This document shows, piece by piece, positions 10,272-20,103 of a DNA stretch of 64,000 nt. The notes under the pieces were generated by a model. It did not search any database and was not told where the DNA came from. It saw only the letters and a program-made list of their open reading frames with translations. Position 1 is the first letter of the stretch. Each line of letters opens with the position of its first letter. The position numbers and the translations under genes are program-made. Source of the DNA: Alphaproteobacteria bacterium (GTDB taxonomy: Bacteria > Pseudomonadota > Alphaproteobacteria > GCA-2731375); assembly GCA_965225945.1 (NCBI GenBank), contig CBDDBZ010000028.1:32001-96000 (forward strand), written 5' to 3'.

Positions 10272-11213
10272 ATGTATGCCTATATCGCCCGGCGGCTGCT
10301 GGCGACCATCCCGGTCATGGCGGTCGTCGGCATCTTCGTCTTTCTGCTGCTGCATCTGACGCCGGGCGATCCGGCCCAGGTGATTGCCGGCGATTACGCA
10401 CGGCCCGAGGACGTCGAAAAGATCCGCGAGCGCCTGGGCCTGAACCAGCCGATCTACGTCCAGTTCTTCACCTGGGTCGGCAATTTGGCCAGGGGCGATC
10501 TCGGCACCTCGATCTTTTCCAACCTGCCGGTCTCGAAGCTGATCGGCCAGCGCTTGGAGCCGACCTTGGCGCTGGCCATCGCGACCATCATCTTCGCCAT
10601 CCTGGTGGCGGTGCCGATGGGGGTGATCGCGGCGTGGAAGGCGGGCACGCTCACCGACCGGGTGATCATGGTCTTCGCCGTGCTCGGCTTTTCGGTCCCG
10701 GTCTTCGTCATCGGCTACGCCATGATGTGGCTGTTCTCGATCACCCTCGGCTGGTTCCCGGTGCAGGGCTACAAACCGATCGGCGATGGTTTCTGGCCGT
10801 TCCTGCGCTCGATCACGCTGCCGACGGTGGCGCTGGGCATCATCTACGTGGCGCTGATCGCCCGCATCACGCGGGCCAGCATGCTGGAGGTGCTGAACGA
10901 GGACTACATGCGGACGGCCCAGGCCAAGGGCCTCGACACCACCGCACTGCTGATCCGCCACGCGCTCAGAAACGCCTCGGTGCCGATCGTCACCATCATC
11001 GGCATCGGCATTGCGTTGCTGATCGGCGGCGTGGTGGTGACCGAGAGCGTGTTCAACATTCCGGGCCTCGGCCGGCTCACCATCGATGCCGTGCTGCGGC
11101 GCGACTATCCCATCATCCAGGGGGTGATCCTGGTCTTCTCGGGCGCCTACGTGCTCGTGAACCTGTTGATCGATCTCTCTTACACCCTGCTCGATCCCCG
11201 GATTCGTTACTGA
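10272..11213 (+). CDS. Peptide ABC transporter permease (DppB/OppB-like)
   Basis: PGDPA, GDLGTS, EDYMRTAQAKG, HALRNA, DPRIRY. Confidence 0.93.
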   Translation: MYAYIARRLLATIPVMAVVGIFVFLLLHLTPGDPAQVIAGDYARPEDVEKIRERLGLNQPIYVQFFTWVGNLARGDLGTSIFSNLPVSKLIGQRLEPTLALAIATIIFAILVAVPMGVIAAWKAGTLTDRVIMVFAVLGFSVPVFVIGYAMMWLFSITLGWFPVQGYKPIGDGFWPFLRSITLPTVALGIIYVALIARITRASMLEVLNEDYMRTAQAKGLDTTALLIRHALRNASVPIVTIIGIGIALLIGGVVVTESVFNIPGLGRLTIDAVLRRDYPIIQGVILVFSGAYVLVNLLIDLSYTLLDPRIRY

Positions 11214-12112
11214 TGACCGAAGCGCCGATCGAAGCCTTCCGCGACGCCGATTTCGAGGAGGCGGGGCCGAGGCCGGGTCTCTGGTGGCGCTGTCGGGACT
11301 ATACCCGCCGTCATCCGACGGTGGTCATCGGCGCCGGCCTGCTGATCGTGATGGCGATCGCCGCCGTCGCAGCACCCCTGATCGCCGCCGATCCGCTGCG
11401 GCTCAATCCGATAAAGCGGCTCACGCCGCCGGGCGAGGATTTCTGGTTCGGCGCCGACTTCCTCGGCCGCGACGTCTTTGCCCGGACCATTTATGGCGGG
11501 CAGATCTCGCTGATGGTCGGATTCGCGGTAGCGGCGATCAGCACCGTCGTCGGCCTCACCATCGGCCTCTTTGCCGGCTACGTCCGCTGGGTCGACGCGA
11601 TCGTGATGCGGATCATGGACGGGCTGATGGCGATTCCCGGCGTGCTGCTGGCGATCGCGCTGATCAGCCTCGCCGGCGCCAGTGTCAGCAACGTCATCAT
11701 CGCCATCACCATTCCCGAAATCCCGCGGGTCGTCCGCCTGGTCCGCGCCGTGGTCTTGACGGTGCGCGAACAACCCTATGTCGAGGCGGCGGTCTCCGTC
11801 GGCACGCGGTTGCCGGCGATTCTGGTGAAGCACATTCTGCCCAACACGCTGGCGCCGCTGATCGTGCAGGCGACCTATGTCTGCGCCTCGGCGGTGGTGG
11901 TCGAGGCCATCCTCTCCTTCCTCGGCGCCGGCACGCCGCCGGAGATCCCGAGCTGGGGCAACATCATCGCCGAGGGGCGGACCTATTTTCAGATCGCGCC
12001 CTGGATGATCTTCTTCCCCGGCGTCTTCCTGGCGGTGACGGTGTTGGCGGTCAACATCCTGGGTGACGGCTTGCGCGATTCGCTCGATCCCCGGATCGCG
12101 CGACGGATGTAG
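11213..12112 (+). CDS. Peptide ABC transporter permease (DppC/OppC-like)
   Basis: FGADFLGRDVFAR, YVEAA, HILPN, GDGLRDSLDPR; ATG overlaps the upstream stop (TGATG). Confidence 0.93.
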   Translation: MTEAPIEAFRDADFEEAGPRPGLWWRCRDYTRRHPTVVIGAGLLIVMAIAAVAAPLIAADPLRLNPIKRLTPPGEDFWFGADFLGRDVFARTIYGGQISLMVGFAVAAISTVVGLTIGLFAGYVRWVDAIVMRIMDGLMAIPGVLLAIALISLAGASVSNVIIAITIPEIPRVVRLVRAVVLTVREQPYVEAAVSVGTRLPAILVKHILPNTLAPLIVQATYVCASAVVVEAILSFLGAGTPPEIPSWGNIIAEGRTYFQIAPWMIFFPGVFLAVTVLAVNILGDGLRDSLDPRIARRM

Positions 12113-12116
12113 CGCG

Positions 12117-13130
12117 ATGGCGAGCGAGGAACGCCCGATCCTGGAGATCGACGACCTGCGCACCTATTTTCACACCCGCGACGGCGTGGTGCGCGCGGTC
12201 GACGGGGTCTCGCTTTCCGTCGGCCGGGGCGAGACGCTCTCGATCGTCGGCGAATCCGGCTGCGGCAAGAGCGTCACCGCGTTGTCCATCCTGCGCCTGC
12301 TGGAGATACCGCCGGCTAGAATCGAGAGCGGGCGAATCCTGTTCCAGGACGAGGATCTGCTGCTCGCCAGCGAGGAGCGGATGCGGGAGATCCGGGGCAA
12401 CCAGATCTCGATGATCTTCCAGGAGCCGATGACCTCGCTCAATCCGGTGATGCCGGCCGGCCGGCAGATCGCCGAATCGCTGGAGCTGCACCAGGGCCTC
12501 TCGCGCCACGCCGCCGCCGATCAGGCGATCGAGATGCTCGATCTGGTACAGATTTCGGAACCGCGCCGGCGCGCCGAGGAATACCCCCATCAGCTGTCCG
12601 GCGGCATGCGCCAGCGGGTGATGATCGCCATGGCGCTCGCCTGCAACCCGGCGATCCTGATCGCGGACGAGCCGACGACGGCGCTCGACGTCACCATCCA
12701 GGCGCAGATTCTCGACCTGATGGGGCAACTGAAGGAGAAGATCGGCGCCGCCATCATCTTCATCACCCACGACCTGGGCGTGGTGGCGGAGACGGCGCAG
12801 CGGGTCGTGGTGATGTACGCCGGCCGCAAGGTGGAGGAGGCGTCCGTCGCCGACCTCTTCGCCCGCCCGCTGCATCCCTACACGCTCGGCCTCATGGGCT
12901 CGATCCCGAAGCTCGCCCACTTGGCGAGAGCGGGGAAGCGCGGCCGTCTGAACGAGATCCCGGGCGTGGTGCCCTCGCTCCGGCGCGCGATTCCCGGCTG
13001 TGCCTTCGCGCCCAGGTGTCCCCACGTCCAGGAACGCTGCCGGGCCGAGGCGCCGAGGCTGGATGCGCCGGGCGACGGCCGCCTGGTGGCCTGTTGGGAG
13101 TGGGCGCGGGTGGCGGAGGAGGCGGCATGA
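12117..13130 (+). CDS. Peptide ABC transporter ATP-binding protein (DppD-like)
   Basis: [25 protein letters not shown]-terminal GCAFAPRC. Confidence 0.95.
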   Translation: MASEERPILEIDDLRTYFHTRDGVVRAVDGVSLSVGRGETLSIVGESGCGKSVTALSILRLLEIPPARIESGRILFQDEDLLLASEERMREIRGNQISMIFQEPMTSLNPVMPAGRQIAESLELHQGLSRHAAADQAIEMLDLVQISEPRRRAEEYPHQLSGGMRQRVMIAMALACNPAILIADEPTTALDVTIQAQILDLMGQLKEKIGAAIIFITHDLGVVAETAQRVVVMYAGRKVEEASVADLFARPLHPYTLGLMGSIPKLAHLARAGKRGRLNEIPGVVPSLRRAIPGCAFAPRCPHVQERCRAEAPRLDAPGDGRLVACWEWARVAEEAA

Positions 13131-14122
13131 GCACGAGCGGACCGGTGCTCGAGGTCCGCGACCTCAAGAAACATTTTCCGGTCTACGCGGGCCTGCTGCG
13201 CCGCCGCGTCGGCTCGGTGCTGGCGGTCGACGGCGTTTCCTTCGAGATCGGCCGGGGCGAGACTTTGGGTCTGGTGGGGGAGAGCGGCTCCGGCAAGACG
13301 ACCGTCGGCAAGACGGTGCTGCGGCTGATCGACCCGACCTCGGGCGAGATCCACGTGAACGGCGAGGACGTGACCCGCGCTCGCCCGGCCCGGATGCGGC
13401 TGGTCCGGCGGCAGATGCAAATGGTCTTTCAGGACCCCTACGCCTCGTTGAACCCTCGGCTCTCGGCGCGGCGTATCGTCGCCGAGCCACTGCTGAATTA
13501 CCACGAAGTCCCACGGCCCGAGATCGAGGGGCGGGTCCGGGCGCTGTTTCAACGGGTCGGCTTGCGCCCCGACCAGATGGCGAAATACCCGCACGAGTTT
13601 TCCGGCGGCCAACGCCAACGTCTCGGCGTGGCCCGGGCGCTGGCGCTGGAGCCGGGGCTGATCGTCGCCGACGAGCCGGTCTCCGCGCTCGACGTCTCGG
13701 TGCAGGCCCAGGTGTTGAACTTGCTGATGGACCTGCAGGACGAGCTGGATCTCGCCTATCTCTTCATCAGCCACGACCTGGCGGTGGTCGAGCACATCAG
13801 CCACCGGGTGGCGGTGATGTATCTCGGCAAGATCGTCGAGCTGACCGACCGACGCTCGCTGTTCGAGGAGCCCCACCATCCCTACACCCGGGCGCTGCTG
13901 TCGGCCAATCCCACGCCCGAGCCCGGTGCCAAGCGCGAGCGGATCATCCTGAAGGGCGACATTCCCTCTCCGATCAACCCGCCGAGCGGCTGCCGCTTCC
14001 ACACCCGCTGTCCCGTGGCCGAGCCGCGCTGCTCGGTGGAGGAGCCGGCGATGCGCCTGGTGGCGCCCGGACACCAGGTCGCGTGCCACCTCAGCCCCGC
14101 GATGGCCCGCGGAAGAGGATAA
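13127..14122 (+). CDS. Peptide ABC transporter ATP-binding protein (DppF-like)
   Basis: [34 protein letters not shown]. Confidence 0.95.
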   Translation: MSTSGPVLEVRDLKKHFPVYAGLLRRRVGSVLAVDGVSFEIGRGETLGLVGESGSGKTTVGKTVLRLIDPTSGEIHVNGEDVTRARPARMRLVRRQMQMVFQDPYASLNPRLSARRIVAEPLLNYHEVPRPEIEGRVRALFQRVGLRPDQMAKYPHEFSGGQRQRLGVARALALEPGLIVADEPVSALDVSVQAQVLNLLMDLQDELDLAYLFISHDLAVVEHISHRVAVMYLGKIVELTDRRSLFEEPHHPYTRALLSANPTPEPGAKRERIILKGDIPSPINPPSGCRFHTRCPVAEPRCSVEEPAMRLVAPGHQVACHLSPAMARGRG

Positions 14123-14199
14123 GGGGACACAATACCGGAAGAGGATAAGGGGACACAATACTTAACTTCACGAAGTTAAGTATTGTGTCCCCTTATCCT
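14111..14199. repeat. REP-like palindrome (28-bp perfect arms) preceded by a direct duplication of its left arm
   Basis: 14142-14169 AGGATAAGGGGACACAATACTTAACTTC / AC / 14172-14199 exact reverse complement. GGAAGAGGATAAGGGGACACAATAC also occurs at 14111. Confidence 0.85.
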
Positions 14200-14294
14200 T
14201 GCGTGCCTCGCGATGATGGCGCAGTGCCAGCGGTTCCATAGGATCGAACGGCGGCGCTATGATCCCGCTTTATCCGACAAGGGAGGAGGCTCCG

Positions 14295-15215
14295 ATGACC
14301 CGCCGCTTGACCGTCGCCGCCGCGCAGATGGGCCCGATCGCCCGGGACGAGCCGCGCCAGTCCACCGTCGCCCGGATGTGCGACATGATGCGCGAGGCCA
14401 AGGGCAAGGGCGCCGATCTGGTGGTCTTTCCCGAACTGGCGCTGACCACCTTCTTTCCCCGCTGGTATATCGAGGACGAGGCGGAGCTCGACGCCTTCTA
14501 CGAGACGGCGATGCCGAACGCGGCGACGGCGCCGCTGTTCGCGCTCGCCCGCGAGCTCGGGCTCGGCTTCTACCTCGGCTATGCGGAGTTGGTGGAGGAG
14601 GCGGGCGGAATGCGCCGTTTCAACACCTCGATCCTGGTCGACGCGGGGGGCGAGATCGTCGGCAAGTATCGCAAGGTGCATCTTCCGGGCCACGGCGAGC
14701 ACGAGCCCTGGCGGCCCTTCCAGCACCTGGAGAAGGCCTATTTCGAGCCGGGCGACCTCGGCTTTCCGGTGTTCGAGGCCTTCGACGGCACCTTGGGCAT
14801 GTGCATCTGCAACGATCGCCGCTGGCCGGAGACCTATCGGGTGATGGGCCTCCTCGGCGTGGAGCTGGTCATGCTCGGCTACAACACGCCCACGCACAAT
14901 CCGCCGGTGCCCCAGCACGACCACCTGATGTGGTTCCACAACCACCTCTCGATGCAGGCGGGCGCCTATCAGAACGGCACCTGGGTGGTGGGCGTGGCCA
15001 AGGCCGGCAAGGAGGAGGGCTGCGACCTGATCGGCCAGAGCGTGATCATCGCGCCGACCGGCGAGATCGTCGCCATGTGCGCGACCCTGGAGGACGAGGT
15101 GATCACGGCGGCTTGCGACCTCGACCGCTGCGCCGAGATCAAGCAGCAGATCTTCGATTTCGCACGACATCGCCAGCCCCAGCATTACGCCATCATCGCC
15201 GCGCCGAAGGCGTAG
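14295..15215 (+). CDS. N-carbamoyl-D-amino-acid hydrolase (nitrilase superfamily)
   Basis: VFPELALTTFFPRW, YRKVHLPGH, ICNDRRWPETYRVMGL, QAGAYQNG. Confidence 0.88.
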   Translation: MTRRLTVAAAQMGPIARDEPRQSTVARMCDMMREAKGKGADLVVFPELALTTFFPRWYIEDEAELDAFYETAMPNAATAPLFALARELGLGFYLGYAELVEEAGGMRRFNTSILVDAGGEIVGKYRKVHLPGHGEHEPWRPFQHLEKAYFEPGDLGFPVFEAFDGTLGMCICNDRRWPETYRVMGLLGVELVMLGYNTPTHNPPVPQHDHLMWFHNHLSMQAGAYQNGTWVVGVAKAGKEEGCDLIGQSVIIAPTGEIVAMCATLEDEVITAACDLDRCAEIKQQIFDFARHRQPQHYAIIAAPKA

Positions 15216-15231
15216 TCGATCGCTCGTCGTC

Positions 15232-15915
15232 TCACGGCATCAGGGGAACGCCGGCGATCCATTCGTGCAGCCAGAGCACCAGGGCGCCATAGAGCACGAG
15301 GCCGAGCAGCGGCCGCCACCAGCCGATGGCGCGCCAATCGAGGCGGGTTCGGCCTCGCAGTATCGCGGCGAACGGCAGCCATGAGGTCACCGCCGCGAAG
15401 GCGGCCCAGCCGTCGGGATCCAGGCGGGCCCGCTTGGCGTCGATCAACGACGGCCCCGCCAAGGCCAGGAGACCGAGGCTCGCGAAGAAAACCACCGAGG
15501 CGAGGTCGCCGTTGGCCAGGATATGGGCGCCGGCCCACAGCGCGATCGCCCACATCACCGGGTGGCGGGTGATCGTCAGCACCCCGGACGCCGGCCGCTC
15601 GGCGGCCAGAAGGCGCTCGCCGCCGGCCGACGTCGGAGAGCGCGTCGTCACGCCGATGACCAAAGCCAAGACGGCGAACAGCATGATCAGCGCCGCCCCA
15701 TGCCTCGCCCCGAGGCTCGGCGGCCATAATTCGACGTAGTCCGCCGCCGCGTAGGCAAGGGACATCCACACGAGCAGCCCCAGCGACAGCAGCGAGAAGA
15801 GGGCGAGGTAGGGCTTCTCCCCGATGCGCGCGACGATCCGGCCACGAAGCGACGTGCCCGAGACCCAGAGGTGAAGCGCGGCGAATAGGATGGACGCCAG
15901 CAACAGTGCCGTCAT
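15232..15915 (-). CDS. NnrU family membrane protein
   Basis: LRGRIVARIGE..Y, ITRHPVMW, LWAGAHILANGD, TSWLPFAAI. Confidence 0.85.
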   Translation of the reverse strand: MTALLLASILFAALHLWVSGTSLRGRIVARIGEKPYLALFSLLSLGLLVWMSLAYAAADYVELWPPSLGARHGAALIMLFAVLALVIGVTTRSPTSAGGERLLAAERPASGVLTITRHPVMWAIALWAGAHILANGDLASVVFFASLGLLALAGPSLIDAKRARLDPDGWAAFAAVTSWLPFAAILRGRTRLDWRAIGWWRPLLGLVLYGALVLWLHEWIAGVPLMP

Positions 15916-15955
15916 TGCTTCCCCGGCTCCCTCGCGCGCGTCGCGCGCCGGGTCG

Positions 15956-16222
15956 CTAGGCGCGTTCCCGCGCCGCCAGCACGGCGCGACCCGCGTCGGT
16001 CAGCTTGCAGACCAGCCAGTCGGGCTTCAGCGGGTTGGCGAACCACGGCTCGGCCCAGCCGAAGGCGATGCAGGCGCGAACCGTGCGCGCATCGACTTCC
16101 TGGCCCTCCTCGTCGAAGAGCGGCAGCTTACCTCCCGCCTGCGCCAGGCCGCGCGAAATGTAGCGCAGCTGCGCCGGCGACGGCCGCCGCTCCCCCGTCT
16201 GTTTCCTCCGGGCGACCGCCAT
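15956..16222 (-). CDS. Conserved alphaproteobacterial hypothetical protein
   Basis: GL.QAGGKLPLFDEEGQ..DARTVRAC...GWAEPWF.NP.KPDWLVCKLT motif, recognised from memory as a conserved small protein. Confidence 0.7.
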   Translation of the reverse strand: MAVARRKQTGERRPSPAQLRYISRGLAQAGGKLPLFDEEGQEVDARTVRACIAFGWAEPWFANPLKPDWLVCKLTDAGRAVLAARERA

Positions 16223-16278
16223 GACCGGAGACTAGCCCATGCTCGCACCGGGCGGAAGCCGGGGTCGGTTCGACGAGA

Positions 16279-16908
16279 TCAGGCCTGGGCGCTCGGCCGC
16301 GAGGACACCTCGGCGTGCCAGCGCCCGAGGTTGCCGAGCGCCTCGGGTGGACTGGCCTCGACACGTTCGGCGAAATCCACCGTGATCAGGGCCGTGATGT
16401 CGGCGGCCGAATAGGTATCGCCGGCGACGAAGGCGCGGTTGGCCAACTCCGCGTCCAGCATCTCGTGGAAACTCGCCAGGCGGGCCCTGCCGCGTTCCGC
16501 CAGTTCCGGGATCTGCGCCACCTTCGAGGCGCCGCCGAGGGCGCGGCCCTCGAACCTCGGACTGCTGTTCCGCAGGATCTCCAGCGCCGGGTTCATTCCC
16601 TCGTTCTGGACGATGAACTCCCACATTGTGATCCGCGCCGCCGCTTCGGGCGTCCGGCCCAGCAGCGTGGGTTCCGGCTGAAGTTCCTCGAGATAGCGCC
16701 AGATCGCCACCACCTCGCCGATGCCGCTCCCGTCGTCGAGTTCCAGCCAGGGAACCAAGCAGCGTGGGTTCTTGGCCCTGAAGTCGTCCTGGAACTGTTC
16801 GCCGCCGCGCAGGTCGACCTGCTCGGTGGGGATGTCCATCTCCTTCTCGGCCATGAAAATGCGCACCCGCCTCGGATTGGGCGCGGGCTGACAATCATAG
16901 AGTTTCAT
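16279..16908 (-). CDS. Glutathione S-transferase family protein
   Basis: MKLYD...APNPRRVRIF.AEK, NP...VP.LELDDG, FVAGDTYSAADITA. Confidence 0.9.
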   Translation of the reverse strand: MKLYDCQPAPNPRRVRIFMAEKEMDIPTEQVDLRGGEQFQDDFRAKNPRCLVPWLELDDGSGIGEVVAIWRYLEELQPEPTLLGRTPEAAARITMWEFIVQNEGMNPALEILRNSSPRFEGRALGGASKVAQIPELAERGRARLASFHEMLDAELANRAFVAGDTYSAADITALITVDFAERVEASPPEALGNLGRWHAEVSSRPSAQA

Positions 16909-17151
16909 GCTTCCTCCCCTTGCCGCGAGCGCCGGGGGCGCGGACCCGCCACCGCCGACCTCGCACCCGCATCTTGCCGGCTTCCCGACGAAGACGCCAT
17001 GGGGGCGCCATGGCAAAGCGCCCGGCCGGGTCCTCGCGAAGCGTGACGGATATGCCGACTTTTGTGGCTGGACGCCCAGCTCGACACGCGATAGCTTGAC
17101 CGTGTGGAGGTTCTGCCCGTCGCTCGCGCGGCGGCGAACGACGGAGACTAG

Positions 17152-17187
17152 AGTGTTGAAAACAGTGTTGAAAACAATGTTGAAAAC
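17152..17187. repeat. 12-bp x3 tandem repeat across the cytochrome c start
   Basis: AGTGTTGAAAAC AGTGTTGAAAAC AATGTTGAAAAC (VLKT-VLKT-MLKT). Confidence 0.85.
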
Positions 17188-17590
17188 GACGAAAAATCAG
17201 ATGCTTGTCGCCGCCTTCGCGGCGATGTCGCTGCTCGTCGCCGGCGCCGGCGGCGTTTACGCGGCCGAGGCCGACCTCGCCAAGGGCGAGAAGGACTTCA
17301 AGAAGATCTGCTCCAAGTGTCACACCGTGAGCGCCGCCGAGCTCAAGAAGAAAAAACAGGGCCCGGGTCTCCACGGCGTCTTCGGCCGCACGGCCGGCAC
17401 GGTCGAGGGCTTCCGCCGCTTTTCCAAGGCGATCAAGGCCTCCGGCGTCGTCTGGGACGAGGAAACCATGGACAAGTGGCTGACCAAGCCGAAGAAATTC
17501 ATTCCCAAGAGCAAAATGCCCTGGGGCGGCTGGAGGAAGGCCGAACGGCGCGCCAACGTCATCGCCTATTTGATGGAGGCCACCAAATAA
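17177..17590 (+). CDS. Class I cytochrome c (c2-like), periplasmic
   Basis: Signal peptide; CSKCH heme motif; GPGLHGVFGRTAG; distal Met in SKMPW. An alternative GTG start lies at 17153. Confidence 0.9.
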   Translation: MLKTTKNQMLVAAFAAMSLLVAGAGGVYAAEADLAKGEKDFKKICSKCHTVSAAELKKKKQGPGLHGVFGRTAGTVEGFRRFSKAIKASGVVWDEETMDKWLTKPKKFIPKSKMPWGGWRKAERRANVIAYLMEATK

Positions 17591-17676
17591 TCCGCTCACG
17601 CGGCCATCGTTCACGTTGACCTCCGGGCCGCGCGGTATATCTTCTCCCCAGGGACCAGTTCCGCGGGGAAGAGTCG

Positions 17677-18519
17677 ATGTTCATCCAGACCGAGGATACC
17701 GCCAGCGCCGATTCGATGCGCTTCCTGCCCGGCCGAGAGGTACTGGGTGATCGCGAGGTCGCCTTCGCCTCCGCCGAGGAGGCCCAGGCCTCGCCGCTGG
17801 CGCTTCGCCTGTTCCAGGTGGCCGACGTCCGGGCGGTGACGCTCGGGGCTGACGACATCGTGGTCGAAAAGCGCTCCGAGGCGGAATGGCATCACCTGAA
17901 GCCCGAGGTGCTGGCGGCCATCATGGCGCATTTCATGGCCGGCGATGCAGTGCTCGACGATGGCGCCGCCGCGCCCACCCCGCCGGTCGCGGCGACATCG
18001 GAGGCCGACGCCGAGATCATCGCGCAATTGGAGCAGTTGATCGAAGCCCGCGTGCAACCCTCCGTCTCCGCCCAAGGGGGCGAGGTGCGCCTCGCCAGCT
18101 TCCAGGACGGCGTGGTCGAGCTGGAGGTGAGCGGGCCGGCGGTGAGCTTGCTCGGTCCGATCGGCAACATGCTGCGCCACTACGTGCCGGAGGTGACCTC
18201 GGTGCGTGAATACCGCGATACCTCCGCCATGCCCGGGTTGGGAACCGCGACCGGCATCGAGGTCCAGCGTCTGATCGACCAGCAGATCAACCCCGCCGTC
18301 GCCGCGCACGGTGGCCATATCGCCCTGGTCGACGTTAAGGACGAGATCGTCTACATCCGGCTCGAGGGCGGCTGCCAGGGCTGCGGCATGGCGGACGTGA
18401 CCTTGAAGCAGGGGATCGAGTCCACCATTCGCCAACACCTGCCGGATATCGTGGCGGTGCGTGACGTCACCGATCACGCCGGCGGCGACAATCCTTATTA
18501 CCAGCCCTCGCAAAAGTAG
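17677..18519 (+). CDS. Nfu/NifU-family Fe-S cluster carrier (Nfu_N plus two NifU-C domains)
   Basis: MFIQTE.T....MRFLPG N-domain; GGCQGCGM in the last domain; DVTDH..G.NPYY tail. Confidence 0.88.
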   Translation: MFIQTEDTASADSMRFLPGREVLGDREVAFASAEEAQASPLALRLFQVADVRAVTLGADDIVVEKRSEAEWHHLKPEVLAAIMAHFMAGDAVLDDGAAAPTPPVAATSEADAEIIAQLEQLIEARVQPSVSAQGGEVRLASFQDGVVELEVSGPAVSLLGPIGNMLRHYVPEVTSVREYRDTSAMPGLGTATGIEVQRLIDQQINPAVAAHGGHIALVDVKDEIVYIRLEGGCQGCGMADVTLKQGIESTIRQHLPDIVAVRDVTDHAGGDNPYYQPSQK

Positions 18520-18542
18520 CCGCCTCCCCGCCGCCGGGCGAA

Positions 18543-19786
18543 ATGTCCCGCATTCTTCTGCTGATTCCGGTCGCGAGCTACCGGGCCGGGGACTTTCTCG
18601 CCGCCGCGACGCGGCTCGGCATCGACGTCGTCGTCGGCTCCGACCAGGAAATGGTGCTGAGCGAGCTGCGCGGCGCGCGCGGCCTCGCCCTCGATTTCAG
18701 CGATATCGAGGCCGCGGTGACGCGGGTTCGGATCATGGCCAGCAACGCGCCCTTCGAGGCGATCGTCAACGTGGACGACGCGGGCGCGGAATTGGCCGCC
18801 GCGATCGCGGCTGAGCTGGGGCTGGCGCAAAACAGGCCCGAGGCGGTGGCCAGCGCGCGCGACAAATACCGCTTTCGCCGCGCAATCGCCGAGGCCGGAC
18901 TGCCGGGACCGGCCTTCCGGCTGATCTCGCTCGATGACGACCCGAGGGGAATCGCCGGCGAGATCGCCTACCCTTGCGTCGTGAAGCCGCTGACGCTGGC
19001 CATGAGCCGGGGCGTGATCCGCTGCGATGATAGCGCCGCTTTCGTCGACGCCGTCGCCCGGGTTGCCCGCATCATCGCCCGCGACGACGCCGACACGCCC
19101 GGCCGAGCGGGCGATCACCTGCTGGTGGAGGGCTATGTCCCCGGCACCGAATACGCGCTCGAGGGCCTGATTACGCGGGGCCGGCTCAATGTCCTGGCGA
19201 TATTCGACAAGCCCGATGCCCTCGACGGCCCCTTCTTCGAGGAGACGATCTACGTCACCCCGGCCGTCCTCGAGGGGGGCCAGCGGGGGGTGATCCTCGC
19301 GGCCGCCCAAGCCGCTGTCGCGGCCATCGGCCTCATCGACGGTCCGGTCCATGTCGACCTTCGCCTCGATGGCGATGCCGCGGTCGTGCTGGAGGTCGAC
19401 GCCCGCTCGATCGGTGGACATTGTGGCCGCTCGCTCCGCTTCCCGGGCGGGCAGCGGCTCGAGGAAGTCATCCTGCGCCACGCCACGGGCGACGTCTCGG
19501 TCAGTGCCGAGACGGAAGCGGGTGCCGGCGGCGTGATGATGATCCCGATCCAGCGAGCGGGCGGCTGAAGCGAATAGACGGCCTGGCCGCCGCCGAGGGG
19601 GTGGGGGGGATATCGGAGATCTCGATCACCATTCCCCTCGGCCATCCGGTCGAGACCCTGCCGGAGGGGGGCCGCTACCTGGGTTTCATCATCGCCCACG
19701 CCGAGAGCGCCGAAGCGGTCGTGACAGCGCTACGCGCGGCCCACGCGCATCTTCGTTTCGATATCTTGCCCGAGGCCATGGCCTGA
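18543..19786 (+). CDS. ATP-grasp domain protein with a frameshift near 19562
   Basis: RDKYRFR, YPCVVKP..LAMSRGVIR, LVEGYVPG.EYALEG, FDKPD.LDGPFFEETIYVTP. The C-terminus (RLKRIDG...LPEGGRYLGFIIA) continues in another frame to 19786. Confidence 0.8.
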
Positions 19787-19950
19787 AGCCGAACCGGCGT
19801 GGCCCGGCGTGGCTCGCCACGAGCGGTCGGACCCGGGCGATCCCTTCGCTGAGCGCCGGGCGCGTCTCGCGAAGGGGGTCATTCTCACTTGGAATGCACC
19901 CCTAGAATGACACCAAGAATCAGGGACAGTTGACCTAATATGGCGCCAAG

Positions 19951-20103
19951 TTAGTGCTTTTGCTGTTTTTCGCGCTGCCGGCGATGCCTCTCGCGCGCCC
20001 CTGCCTCGGCCTCTTCGCGCGCACGCTCCAGGGTCAGCCGCATGTCGATTTCGAGACGCCCACGGCCGAGGACTTGGCGCGTCGACCGCACCGCATTCCT
20101 CAT
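19951..20103 (-). CDS. Putative 50-aa ORF translationally coupled to cvpA
   Basis: ATGA overlap with the cvpA stop; MRNAVRSTRQVLGRGRLEIDMRLTLERAREEAEAGARERHRRQREKQQKH; shares a 22-bp repeat with the cvpA 3' region. Confidence 0.3.
   Translation of the reverse strand: MRNAVRSTRQVLGRGRLEIDMRLTLERAREEAEAGARERHRRQREKQQKH

Noticed and set aside
19870-19950. tRNA or integration site in an AT-richer gap with a weak inverted repeat (GTCATTCT/AGAATGAC) and a GGGACAG motif
   Set aside because: No cloverleaf or T-loop consensus; too degenerate to assign, although it may be an eroded REP-type remnant
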